This document shows positions 1-11,731 of a stretch of 64,000 nucleotides of DNA, piece by piece; positions within the stretch are counted from its first letter, which is position 1, and each line of letters opens with the position of its first letter. The notes under the pieces are model-generated. The model saw nothing but the letters and a program-made list of their open reading frames with translations. It was not told the DNA's origin and made no database searches. The position numbers and the translations under genes are program-made. This DNA comes from Octopus sinensis (taxonomy: Eukaryota), in the NCBI RefSeq assembly GCF_006345805.1, contig NC_043005.1, positions 101,246,001 through 101,310,000 on the forward strand, read 5' to 3'.

Positions 1-110
1 TTGAAACATTCAATTTTCTTTTTAAATACTTAATTACTTTATTAATCATTCTACGTGTATGTATAGGGACCTTTTGACAATTAGTGGCTTCAGTAAATAT
101 ATATATATGA

Positions 111-340
111 ATGGTGAGCTGGCAGAAACAGTAGCACGCCGGGCGAACTGCGTAGCCGTATTTCGTCTGCCGTTACGTTCTGAGTGCAAATTCTGCTGAG
201 GTCGACTTTGCCTTTCATCCTTTCGGGGTCAATATATTAAGTACCAGTTACACACTAGGGTCGATGTAATCGACTCAATCCGTCTGTCTGTCCTTGTTTG
301 TCTCCTCTGTGTTTAGCCCCTTGTGGGTAGTAAAGAAATA
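111..340 (+). mobile_element. tRNA-derived SINE, family A
   Basis: Head GGTGAGCTGGCAGAAAC, central GTCGACTTTGCCTTTCATCCTTTCGGGGTC module, tail CCCCTTGTGGGTAGTAAAGAAATA. Near-identical copies at 20371, 22796 and 43305. Confidence 0.9.
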
Positions 341-449
341 TATATGAATGTATACATATACATAGAAACATACACATACATATGCACACATATATACATG
401 CATATACACATACATACACTCACACATGCATACACACAAACAGATACAG

Positions 450-480
<31 letters not shown>

Positions 481-605
481 ATATATATAAGTATATATAT
501 ATTCATACACACACGTACACATACACACATATACACACACGTGTGTGTGCATGTATTATACTACTTTTTGCCATAACTTGTAAATTATTTCACTCACATT
601 TGTAT

Positions 606-677
<72 letters not shown>

Positions 678-687
678 TATATACACA

Positions 688-1938
688 CAGGATGCGTAAG
701 TTATTTGAGGACAAATGTTATTTTTACTATAGCAGCATATTTAGCAACTTAATATTTTCTGTCTTTCAGAATTACCAATGGCAGATTCCTATGATTACAC
801 AAGAAATGAAAAGTCATGCAGTCATCATGGCTATAAAGGCTGAACATAGCAATTTAGAAATAGCATGATTTTTAAAAGTCGCTAAATCCTTCGTCTACAA
901 AATTCGCAAGGAGTTAGAAGCTAAAGATGGAAATATATCACTAGTGTCAAAACGTAAGAAACATTGTAGATGCACTGATACTGTTAGAATACCAGAGTTT
1001 ATTCAACACATAAAGTAGACCATTGAAGACAATTCCAGAAGATCCAAGAGGCTGATTGCAAAAGAACAGCACGTGTCAGAAGTAACAATCTGAAATGTTG
1101 TCCACAAATCTTATGCGATGAGAAAAGGTCATTTCATGTCAGAAACAGGGAAAGGAAATCGCTTAATCAGATCTAAAAGACTCCTGAACAAGCTTAAAAA
1201 TCCGCAGAAGAAGATGTCATTTGGTTCTTCTCAGACGAGGAGAAAAACTTTGATCAAGATCAGAAAGAAAACAGAAGAAATGACAAGTGGCTATGTACAG
1301 ACCCTTTGGAAGCTCCAAGAATAATGCATACAAAATTTCCTGCAACTGTCATGGTTTTGGGGGTTGCCTGCAATGAAAGACATGTGATGCCTCCTCATTT
1401 CTTTCCACAAGGTCTTCAAGCAAACTCTGCTGCCTACATAGATGTTCTGAATAGAGTGGTTAAGCCATGGATCGATAACGTATGCAACGGAAGACCTTAG
1501 GTGTTTCAACAAGACTCAGCATCATCACACAAGGCTACAGCAATGCAGGAATGGATGGCAGAAAATTTTCATGACCATATAAATCCCAACATTTGGCCTC
1601 CTAGCTCCCCAGATCTCAATCCTTTGGATTACTATGTATGGAGTGTAGTTGAGGAAGAGATTAATGAGCACCCTCATAGCACCAAAGAATCCCTAAAAGC
1701 TTCCATAGTCAGGGTAAAGTTCATTATGAACACAGACCACTTGATCCTAGCATGGAAGCAATTCAAACCTCACATAGAAGCCATTATTGAAGTTGAAGTA
1801 GATTTTATTGAATAAAATGATGAAACAATGTTTATTCTTATCTTCAAAACCTTTTTCAGTAAAAAGGCATTATTGTCTGTTTTTAAGAGTCATTCTTGTG
1901 TAAGTGTATAACTGTCTTCAAATACCTCCTGCACCCTG
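688..1938 (+). mobile_element. maT (DD37D) Tc1/mariner-superfamily transposon, degenerate full-length copy
   Basis: Imperfect ~27-bp TIRs (CAGGATGCGTAAGTTATTTGAGGACA / revcomp CAGGGTGCAGGAGGTATTTGAAGACA) with TA at the right end. Interrupted transposase. Confidence 0.9.
778..1815 (+). pseudogene. DD37D transposase with stops and frameshifts
   Basis: Motifs SDEK(N)F, FQQDSASSH and WPPSSPDLNPLDY. I count 37 residues between the QQD and NPLD aspartates. Confidence 0.9.
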
Positions 1939-2055
1939 TATGTATACAGACAAGCTGGCCCTCCACCAGATATATAGAGAGAGACACATATGTGCACACG
2001 CACATACATACATACACACATATACACATACATACATACACACACACACACATAT

Positions 2056-2095
<40 letters not shown>

Positions 2096-2579
2096 GAGAA
2101 GAGAGAGAGAGATAGAGAGAAAGTTACATAGATGTTCTTTTTCCCTTGTTTTGGTATCTGAGCATCTCAAGGGATGAAAGAACTTTTGCTCCACTGATCA
2201 ATCAGGATTGGAGTTGCTGCCCAACAAAGATACACCTCCTGTGTATTTGCTGCTGCTTTTCATTGGTCCAATGGAGTGTGGAGTTTTATGTTTATGTCTG
2301 TTTGGCAGCAGGTACCAACAGTAAAGTGTCACGTCAACCACAAAATCCCTTTGGGAGATCCACTTAAGATTTAGGGTTTCTTTCCTTACCTTTGTCCCAT
2401 GATGCACTGAAGTTACAAACCCCACTGCAGGGGATCCAGCATCCAAGTTAAAGACCATTTAATATGTAACTACTGCTTGCATGCCTGAAGGAAACTGAAC
2501 TGTAACTAATCATCAATATCCAGTGTTTTAAATCCGGGTTTTGTCCCTGTTAATGGCATAGCAACTGCCCTCACACAAT

Positions 2580-2877
2580 CTCACTATCTTGCGCAGTTTG
2601 GGGCGTTCTCCCTTCTCAAGCCAGCCCTCCCAATCTCCTCCTCCACATTTTCCTCAGTCTACCTTGCTTTCACTGTCCATTTATCTCAAACTCAAGGACC
2701 CTCCTCAGAACATACTCCTCATCCCTCTTCAATACATGTCCATACCACTGCACTCCATTCACCCTTGCCAACCATTCCACTGATTCCTCCAACTCCAGAA
2801 TTCCCATCAAGTCCTCAGTCCTCTTCTTATCACTCCACATATCTCTTTCACCATTGCTCTCTCAGTCCTTCTCAAAG
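2580..2877 (-). mobile_element. RTE-clade LINE 3' fragment (ORF2 C-terminus)
   Basis: Minus strand translates, with breaks, to LRRTERAMVKEICG...VQWYGHVLKRDEEYVLRRVLEFEI..GRLRKMW, typical of the RTE RT C-terminus. Confidence 0.75.
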
Positions 2878-3295
2878 GAAGTTTAAAAATTCAAATCACA
2901 AACATTATGACTATAAAGTGCAGAAATAACTGGTGTGTTGACCTTTCGTCATTTGTTCTGTAAAGAAATTTTAACTTCTACCAAAAAGAGAAGTTTTGTT
3001 CTGTCTTGGGAGAGTCATTGTGCCAATAATATCACATGTACAGTTTCAATTCCACTTCTTTATTATTAGTCAATTGGTTAGTTATCCAGTCAGCTAACTA
3101 ACTGATAACAAATGATTAATTAGTTAGTCGATGCAATCAAGTATAAAGAAATGGAATTGAACCTGTGCATGTGTTATTATTGGTGTAATGACTCTACCAA
3201 AATACAACAAAGTTTGTTGCAACAGAAGACTTTACATCAGGCATCTTACAAACCAAATACAAAAACAAAACAAGAGCAAAAGATATTGGCAGAAT

Positions 3296-3406
3296 TATAA
3301 AAGGGATCCATATCATGTGTTATAAAGCCAACTGACCATAGCCATCAAGTGCTATAAAAGGGATCCATATCATGTGCTATAAAGCCAACTGACTATAGCC
3401 ATGAAG
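3296..3406 (+). repeat. 57-bp tandem duplication
   Basis: TATAAAAGGGATCCATATCATGTG(T/C)TATAAAGCCAACTGAC(C/T)ATAGCCAT starts at 3296 and again at 3353. Confidence 0.9.
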
Positions 3407-4522
3407 CCCTGGCAAAGTGGATGAGACTACTAACCAATCATTACACTTCAGGTGTTTCACAAACCAAGTCACAAAGTTAAAGGTTTCACAGCAAATCTTA
3501 CCTCCCTAGAATTACACTCCTCAAGAACCGACCCCCCCCCCCCCCAGGTCCAAATTTTATCTACGGGCAATAACCTGCAGAAGCAAACACTGAGTATCAT
3601 CTTCGTCAATGCCATAAATCTGGAAAGGTTTGTAAAGTTCCTCAATGCTACTGTTCTTTCTTCTGCTCCATAGTAAACAAAAGTTACTGCTACTCCTTCC
3701 TCCACCCTCAGCAATAAACATAAGTCATTACTGCTACTACTGCTGCTGCTGCTACTACTACTACTACGCCCTCCCACCTCCACAGTGAGCAAAAGTCATC
3801 TCTGTTATTGCTACTCCTCCTCCCTCTGTACTAAACAAAATAATGAAGAATCTATCAAGAGTGGTCATTTAATCATCTTAGAAAATGCATTATACTGCCA
3901 GTTCCAATTCAGTCATTGATTAACCAGCAATGTAGTTTGGAGATTGGTATAACAGCTCCAGCTGGCCTTTGGTCTTTTTTCCAAATTACATTCGATACAA
4001 ATTTAGGGAAAACTAAATAGATTCAGGAATGATAACCACAAATATTTCGATGATAGTAAACAACAACAACAACAAACAAAAGAAGAAAAAGCATATATAA
4101 AAAAAACAAAAACACAGGCAAATATACACACAGATTTCTACATGACAATCATTCGTTGTCACTACTGCACAACAGTATAAATAGAGAAAAGATAGGTACC
4201 AAAGATTTATCTATTTATTTCTCGATTCGTTCCCTAATAACCTGTCACAATCTAATCTATCCTCATTTTAACTGAAATTGGAAACTCTTAAACTTATATT
4301 CTTGTCAAAAAGTCTTCCACTTCCAACGCTTTGCTTTCTACATTACAACTGCAGAAACTCACACCTATCATTTAATCCCATGCTGCCTAATATGGACCTC
4401 ACCGCCTTTATATATATATATACGTCCGGTTATCTGTTTCATAGTCTCTCCTTCTTTTGTTTTTCTCTATTTAGCACTTTTATCTCCTGCATCCCATTTA
4501 TCTTATATTATTCTTGGATTAC

Positions 4523-4565
<43 letters not shown>

Positions 4566-4695
4566 CAGGCATATACACACAGCTTATATAATTTATTTCA
4601 TCTTTACACACACACACACACACACACATAAGAAAAGTAGGGATGAAAACATTCAATATTTCACTGGCTCCACTGTTAGATACATATATATATTA

Positions 4696-4734
<39 letters not shown>

Positions 4735-4801
4735 TATATAATATATATATATTACATATATACATATATATGTATATATATATATACACACACACACATA
4801 T

Positions 4802-4841
<40 letters not shown>

Positions 4842-4929
4842 ATATATATATATATACAGTTAAAAAATAAATGCTCAAATTAAGTAATCAATTTTCTTTT
4901 TAAATATATGCATACATAGTCATAAATTC

Positions 4930-5297
4930 AATTTGAATTATATATATATAATATATATATCTATATATAAACATGTACATATATATATATATATATAAAC
5001 ATGTACATATATATATAAACATGTACATATATATTATATATATATATATATAAACATGTACATATATATATATATATATATATAAACATGTACATATATA
5101 TATATATATATATAACATATATATATATAAACATATATATATATATATATATATAAACATATATATATATAACATATATATATAATATATATATATAAAC
5201 ATATATATATATAAACATGTATGTATATAAACATATATATAATTATATATATATAAACATATATATATAAACATATATATATAATATATATAAACAT
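4930..5297. repeat. (TA)n minisatellite with AAACAT(GTACAT) interruptions
   Basis: Direct reading. The same interruption motif recurs at 7383-7850 and 8864-9290. Confidence 0.95.
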
Positions 5298-6897
5298 TAA
5301 GGAAATGACTGAAGACCGAGTCCTATGGAAGTGTGCTGTGAATGAGAGGACCCGGCAGGACTAGTCAGGCCATATCCCGTGGCCCCTACCTGGGACGTCT
5401 GTGCATACCTTCCTTCTTGTGACACTTGTGAAGACCTGCTGAGGCAAGTGAAAATCAATCAAAATAGATGAACATCAATGGATTTGTATCTTTGTGGTAC
5501 CAGTGCCTGTGGCACACAAGAAAACCATCCGAACGTGGCCGTAGCCAGTACCGCATCGACTGGCCTCCGTGCTGTGGGAACATGGTGGCACATAAAAAAA
5601 CACCATCCGAAGACCCGGCAAGACTAGTCAGGTCATAACCCGTGGGCCCTACCTGGGACGTAGTCAGTCCACCTGTATATACCTTCCGACTTGTGAAGAC
5701 CTGCTGAGGCAGTGAAAATCAAATCAAATCAAAACAAATCAAAATAGATGAACATCAATGGAATTTGTATCCTTGTGGTACCAGTGCCAGTGGCACACAA
5801 GAATCCATCCGAACGTGGCCGTAGTCAGTACCGCTTGTGGTACCAGTGCCGTGGCACACAAGAATCCATCCGAACGTGGCCGTAGTCAGTACCGCTTGTG
5901 GCACACAAGAATCCATCTGAACGTGGCCGTAGTCAGTACCGCATCACTGGCCATCCGATCGTGGCCGTTCGCCAGCCTCATCTAGCACCTGTGTCGGTGG
6001 CACATAAAAACACCATCCGAAGACCCGGCAAGACTAGTCAGGCCATAACCCATGGCCCCTACCTGGACGTAGTCAGTCCACCTGTGCATACCTTCCTTCT
6101 TGTGACACTTGTGAAGACCTGTTGAGGCAAGTGAAAATCAAATCAAAACAAATCAAAATAGATGAACATCAATGGAATCTGTATCTTTGTGGTACCAGTG
6201 CCGGTGGCACACACTTTGTGGTACCAGTGCCGGTGGCACACATGAGAACCATCCGAACGTGGCCGTAGCCAGTTCCGCATCGACCGGCCTCCGTGCTGTG
6301 GGCACGTAACAAACACCATCCGATCATGGCCGTTCGCCAGCCTCATCTGGCACCTGTGTCGGTGGCACATAAAAACACCTTCCGAAGACCCGCAAGACTA
6401 GTCAGTCCACCTGTGCATACCTTCCTTCCTTCTTGTGACACTTGTGAAGACCGGTTGAGGCAAGTGAAAATCAAATCAAATCAAATCAAAATAGACAAAA
6501 TATGAACATCAATGGAATTTGTATCTTGTGGTACCAGTGCCTGTGGCACACAAGAAATCCATCAGTGCCGTAGTCAGTGCGGTGGGCACATGACAAACAC
6601 CATCCGAAGACCCGGCAAGACTAGTCAGGCCATAACCCATGGCCCCTACCTGGGACGTAGTCAGTCCACCTGTGCATACCTTCCTTCTTGTGACACTTGT
6701 GAAGACCTGTTGAGGCAAGTGAAAATCAAATCAAATCAAAACAAATCAAAATAGATGAACATCAATGGAATTTGTATCTTTGTGGTACCAGTGCCGGTGG
6801 CACGTGGCACATAAGAAAACCATCCAAACGTGGCCGTAGCCGTACCACCGTACCGCCGCATCGACTGGCCTCCGTGCTGTGGGCACGTAACAAGCAC

Positions 6898-7210
6898 CAT
6901 CCGATCGTGGCCGTTTGCCAGCCTCATCTGGCACCTGTGTCGGTGGCACATAAAAACACCAAAACACCATCTGAGCGTGGCCGTCTGCCAGCCTCGTCTG
7001 GCACCTGTGTCGGTGGCACATAAAAACACCATCCGAGCGTGGGCGTCTGCCAGCCTCGTCTGGCACCTGTGTCGGTGGCACATAAAAAAACACCATCCGA
7101 GCGTGGCCGTCTGCCAGCCTCGTCTGGCACCTGTGTCGGTGGCACATAAAAACACCATCCGAGCGTGGCCGTTTGTCAGCCTCGTCTGGCACCTGTGTCG
7201 GTGGCACATA
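6898..7210 (+). repeat. ~62-bp GC-rich minisatellite, 5 copies
   Basis: Unit CCATCCGAGCGTGGCCGTCTGCCAGCCTCGTCTGGCACCTGTGTCGGTGGCACATAAAAACA at ~6898, 6967, 7029, 7093 and 7155. Confidence 0.9.
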
Positions 7211-7383
7211 AAATCACCCACTACACTCTCGGAGTGGTTGGCGTTAGGAAGGGCATCCAGCTGTAGAAACACTGCCAGATCTGACTGGACTGTGCAGCTT
7301 TCGGGCTCCCCAGACCCCAGTTGAACCGTCCAACCCATGCTAGCATGGAAGCGGACGTTAATGATGATGATGATGATGATGAT
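7200..7383 (+). mobile_element. RTE-associated SINE-like element ending in (GAT)n
   Basis: GGCGTTAGGAAGGGCATCCAGCTGTAGAAAC...CCCATGCTAGCATGGAAGCGGACGTTAA(TGA)n. Related copies at 42618, 56125, 57772, 60632, 61402 and elsewhere. Confidence 0.7.
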
Positions 7384-7396
7384 GATATATATATAT

Positions 7397-7447
<51 letters not shown>

Positions 7448-7526
7448 AACATATATATATTAAACATATATATAATAAACATATATATATATATATTATA
7501 TATATTACATATAACATATATATATA

Positions 7527-7626
<100 letters not shown>

Positions 7627-7813
7627 AACATATATATATAACATATATATATATATAAACATATATATATATATATACATATATACATAATATATATATA
7701 TACATATATATATATATATTATATATATATATATTAATATATATATAATATATATATATATAAACATGTACATATATATATATAATATATAATATATATA
7801 TAATATATAAACA

Positions 7814-7850
<37 letters not shown>

Positions 7851-7854
<4 letters not shown>

Positions 7855-8863
7855 TTTGAAATACTTTGAAAGGTTTCGGCCATTATTGGGCCAGGCCATG
7901 TCTAACTTAATAGCACCACCTGGTGAAGTCTTTCAAGTCAGAATTTGGGCACTATGGCCCACTCAAGTAGAGAGTTATTGTTTACAGAGACATATCCGGG
8001 TGTAGGGGGTTTATCCGGGATTTCTTGAAGGAATCTGTCCAAAGACTTCTTGAACCCTATAGGGTCAGTTTCTGTTTTAATGTGTTTTGGTGTAATGTTA
8101 AAGAGAGCGGGGCCAATTGAGGTGAAATAATTGTGCCGTATTGTTGTTATGAGATGAGAGTGCGATTTTTGTTTTGGGCGGATGGCACGGGGCCCAAGCC
8201 TTGGATGTACCTTAAAGGTGATGCCAACATCATTTGGGCAATGCTGATGGAATATTTTCCACATCATGCAGATGATGTAGCGCTCACGACGACGTTGGAG
8301 AGAATAGAGTTTTAGCTTTTCTAGCCGACCCCAATAGTCGAGGCCTGTCATGCCATCTATCTTTTTTGTGATTGCCCTTTGAGGTGCTTCAACTTTTATG
8401 ATACCTTGTTTTGTGGGGAGACCACAGTGGACAACAGTATTCAAGGTGGGGTCGGGCAAAAGTGAGAAGAGAAGGATAATGGTGTGGATATCTCTCGACT
8501 GGAAAGTTCTGAGAATCCAGGAACACATTCTGCGGGCCATGTCAACTTTGGTGTTTATATGAGTGGCCCAGCTTACGTTGTTGTCCACAATTACTCTCCC
8601 AAGTCTCTGATGTTGTTGGACGCCGCGAGATTTCACCTCACACCTGAAGAAGGAGTATGGGAGTTTCAGGGCATCCTCTTTTCCAAAGTGGATTAGCTCA
8701 AATTTATCCTCGTTCAGCAGCATATTTTTTTTTTCTGCCCATTGGATAACAGCCAGTAGATCTGACTGAAGGCATGTCCGGTCACTTGCCTCATTTATGA
8801 CCTTCTGTAGCTTGGAGTCATCTGCAAAGATTTTTATGTTGCTGTGCTTGATGATGTCATTAA
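7851..8863 (-). mobile_element. CR1-group LINE, 5'-truncated 3' fragment (family b)
   Basis: RT C-terminus IFADDSKL...WILRTF...[20 protein letters not shown], stop at 7938, short 3'UTR, tail (TTCAAAGTAT)x2. Embedded in (TA)n. Confidence 0.92.
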
Positions 8864-9024
8864 TGTATATATAATATATATATATATAAACATGTACATA
8901 TATATATATATATATAATATATATATATATAACATGTACATATATATATATATATATATAATATATATATATATAAACATGTACATATATATATATATAT
9001 ATATAATATATATATATATAAACA

Positions 9025-9069
<45 letters not shown>

Positions 9070-9130
9070 ATATATATAAACATGTACATATATATATATA
9101 TATATATTATAATATATATATATATAAACA

Positions 9131-9168
<38 letters not shown>

Positions 9169-9180
9169 TATATATAAACA

Positions 9181-9217
<37 letters not shown>

Positions 9218-9237
9218 TATATATATATATCATGTAC

Positions 9238-9290
<53 letters not shown>
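8864..9290. repeat. (TA)n minisatellite with AAACATGTACAT interruptions
   Basis: Direct reading. Confidence 0.95.
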
Positions 9291-9294
<4 letters not shown>

Positions 9295-9475
9295 AGAATT
9301 CACGAAAAAATCACAAGACGAAGACAGGTGCTGTAGAAACAACAGATGTATTAGTATAACGCTCAGGAGTAGCAAAAGCGTTTTACGTTTCGGGCCTATG
9401 CTCTTCTACAGAAAGGGACACAGAAAAAAACAAGGACTGAAAAAAATGTGTGTAGTGGCTACTGATCTATATAAA
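9291..9475. mobile_element. Interspersed repeat, Penelope-like non-autonomous family (GGGAGAATTCACG...)
   Basis: Homologous copies at 37855, 47526 and 47760. Contains ACGTTTCG-stem motif (hammerhead-like on the minus strand). The PLE assignment is inference. Confidence 0.6.
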
Positions 9476-9705
9476 TATATATCAAGACATATTGAAATAC
9501 GAAATACATATATTTTTTAAAAATATAAATATATATAAAAAATATATGTAAATTGAACATACGTAGTCATACATAGGATGAATATGGAAAGAGTAAGGAA
9601 AAGAGAACTAGTGGTTAAGTGTGTCTAAAATTTCAATTACCAAACTCTTAAAGTTCAATCCATTTTTTTTTTAAAATAACTAGTGTACAATACAATCTGA
9701 GGAAA

Positions 9706-9933
9706 ATTGCTTTCTACAGCCGTTTCCAGAGTTCATGTCCTGGTAGAAATACTAAGAGAAATTTTACAATCCATGCAGACAATGTCCCCTTCATCAGGAA
9801 AGGTATCCTCATTCAAAAATCACATTCTAATAATTTCAGAAATTGTCAGAGAGATATTGTCCACATGGGTTCTAAAATTTCTCTTAATTTTTCTATGAGC
9901 ACATGAACTCTGGAAACAGCTGTAGAAAGTAAT
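9706..9933. repeat. ~230-bp fold-back element with ~85-bp imperfect inverted arms
   Basis: ATTGCTTTCTACAGCCGTTTCCAGAGTTCATGT vs revcomp of ACATGAACTCTGGAAACAGCTGTAGAAAGTAAT. Homology continues inward. Confidence 0.85.
9710..9802 (-). ncRNA. Type I hammerhead-ribozyme-like motif
   Basis: Minus strand: CTTTC-CTGATGA-long stem II-GAA-ACGGCTGT-A-GAAAG, giving stem I of 5 bp, a palindromic stem III and a GUA site. Confidence 0.55.
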
Positions 9934-10107
9934 AAACACTTTTAATCACTTTTAAATTTATGGACTGAAAAAAAAATTTTACTAGTTCTCTTTTCCTTAC
10001 TTTTTTCCATATACATCTCATGTATGTTCTATTTACACATATTTTTATATATATTTATATATTCAAAAACTATTCATATATATTCTATATCTTGATATGC
10101 TTTTATG

Positions 10108-10497
10108 CTTTTACTTGTTTCAGTCATTTGACTGTGGCCATGCTGGAGCACCGCTTCTAGTTGAGCAAATCAACCCCAGGACTTATTCTTTGTAAGTCTA
10201 GTACTTATTCTGTCACTTTTGCTGAACCACTAAGTTATGGGGACGTAAACATACCAGCATCAGTTGACATGCAATGTTGGGGGGACAAACGCAGACACAC
10301 AAACACACACACATATATATATATACATATATACAACGGGCTTCTTTCAGTTTCTGTCTACCAAATCCACTCATAAGGCTTTGATCAGCTGAGGCTATAG
10401 TAGAAGACACTTGCCCAAGGTGCCATACAGTGGGACTGAACCTGGAACCATGTGGTTGGGAAACAAGCTTCTTACCACACAACCAACCTATACCCAT
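10108..10497 (-). mobile_element. tRNA-derived SINE, family B
   Basis: Head with A box TGGCTGTGTGG and B box GGTTCAGTCCC, CORE-like ACCTTGGGCAAGTGTCTT, internal TA/CA microsatellite, tail CAGTCAAATGACTGAAACAAGTAAAAG. Confidence 0.9.
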
Positions 10498-10951
10498 AAA
10501 TATGTATGTTTATATATATTAAGGGCATTACTATACATAAATGCCTCACAATAGGAGGGACTCTTAAAGTCAAAACTACCATAATAAACACATTTTACCG
10601 AACATGAGAGAATGCAACTCTCGAAGCGAGCATTTCAAAAACAGATTCAGCCGCAGATTATTTGCATTTTGTGCACTAATTATGAAATCATAGGATCTGC
10701 GGCTGAATCAGTTTTTGAAAGGCTCGCTTTGAGAGTTGCATTCCCTCGTGTTCGGTACAATTTGTTTATTATGGTAATTTTGACTTTAAGAGTCCTTCCT
10801 AGCATGAGGTATTTATGTATAGTAATGCCCTTAATATAAATAAATATATTTAAAGGGAATAATTATTAAATTTTTCCTTTATGAGGTTTTTTCACACCAA
10901 CTACTTGATAAATTCTTATAAAGATTCTATACTATTTTAAAATATATGTAT

Positions 10952-10989
<38 letters not shown>

Positions 10990-10992
<3 letters not shown>

Positions 10993-11404
10993 CGCAGGAG
11001 TGTCTGTGTGGTAAGTAGCTTGCTAACCAACCACATGGTTCCAGGTTCAGTCCCACTGCATGGCATCTTGGGCAAGTGTCTTCTACTATAGTCTTGGGCC
11101 GACCAATGCCTTGTGAGTGGATTTGGTAGACGGAAACTGAAAGAAGCCTGTCGTATATATGTATATATATATATATATATATATAAGTGTGTGTGTATAT
11201 GTTTGTGTGTCTGTGTTTGTCCCCCTAGCATTGCTTGACAACCGATGCTGGTGTGTTTACGTACCCGTCACTTAGCAGTTCGGCAAAAGAGACCGATAGA
11301 ATAAGTACTGGGCTTACAAAGAATAAGTCCCGGGGTCGATTTGCTCGACTAAAGGCGGTGCTACAGCATGGCCGCAGTCAACTGACTGAAACAAGTAAAA
11401 GAGT
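10990..11404 (+). mobile_element. SINE family B, full length
   Basis: Starts AGGCGCAGGAGTG and ends GAAACAAGTAAAAGAGTA. Confidence 0.92.
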
Positions 11405-11430
11405 AATATATATATATATATATATATATT

Positions 11431-11650
11431 GATAAAAATGTTAAGATAACAAAAGAAAGAAAGAAACGTCAATATTATGTAAATAGCGGTCAATAACAGA
11501 GTAATTTCCCTTTGTATTACGGTCATTTTTCATAATGCTTTTCTGATGGCCAGATAACTGAAGAGATGGTGTTGTGGATTTCCACCTCGGCATCCGAAAC
11601 TCGGAGTTTTATCTTGGCTACTGAATAAATGTCACATATTACATTTACAG
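11431..11650 (+). mobile_element. Penelope-like non-autonomous unit carrying a hammerhead
   Basis: Homologous to 32225-32400. Contains the hammerhead at 11549-11618. Confidence 0.6.
11549..11618 (+). ncRNA. Type I hammerhead ribozyme (minimal palindromic stem III)
   Basis: GCCAGATAA-CTGAAGA-GATG..CATC(C)-GAA-ACTCGGAGT-T-TTATCTTGGC. Stem I, core, stem II and stem III all pair. Confidence 0.7.
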
Positions 11651-11696
11651 ATATATATATATATATATATATATATTCCGTTATATATATATTTAC

Positions 11697-11731
<35 letters not shown>

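Larger units (their letters stand above)
5298..7383 (+). repeat. Composite tandem array built from an RTE LINE 3' end (5 A-B cycles), a ~62-bp minisatellite and a (GAT)n-tailed element
   Basis: Begins with [21 protein letters not shown] (RTE C-terminus). Block A (GACCCGGCAAGACTAGTC...GAGGCAAGTGAA(AATCA)n) lies at ~5350, 5610, 6020, 6385 and 6605, alternating with block B. Confidence 0.85.

Noticed and set aside
2160-2290. Ubiquitin-like resemblance (IHRRCIFVGQQL) on the minus strand
   Set aside because: Very short similarity followed by an in-frame stop.
5435-5460. Hammerhead-like CTG(C/T)TGAGGCAAGTGAAA in block A of the composite array
   Set aside because: Non-canonical core, no credible stem II, and no stem I/III pairing found.
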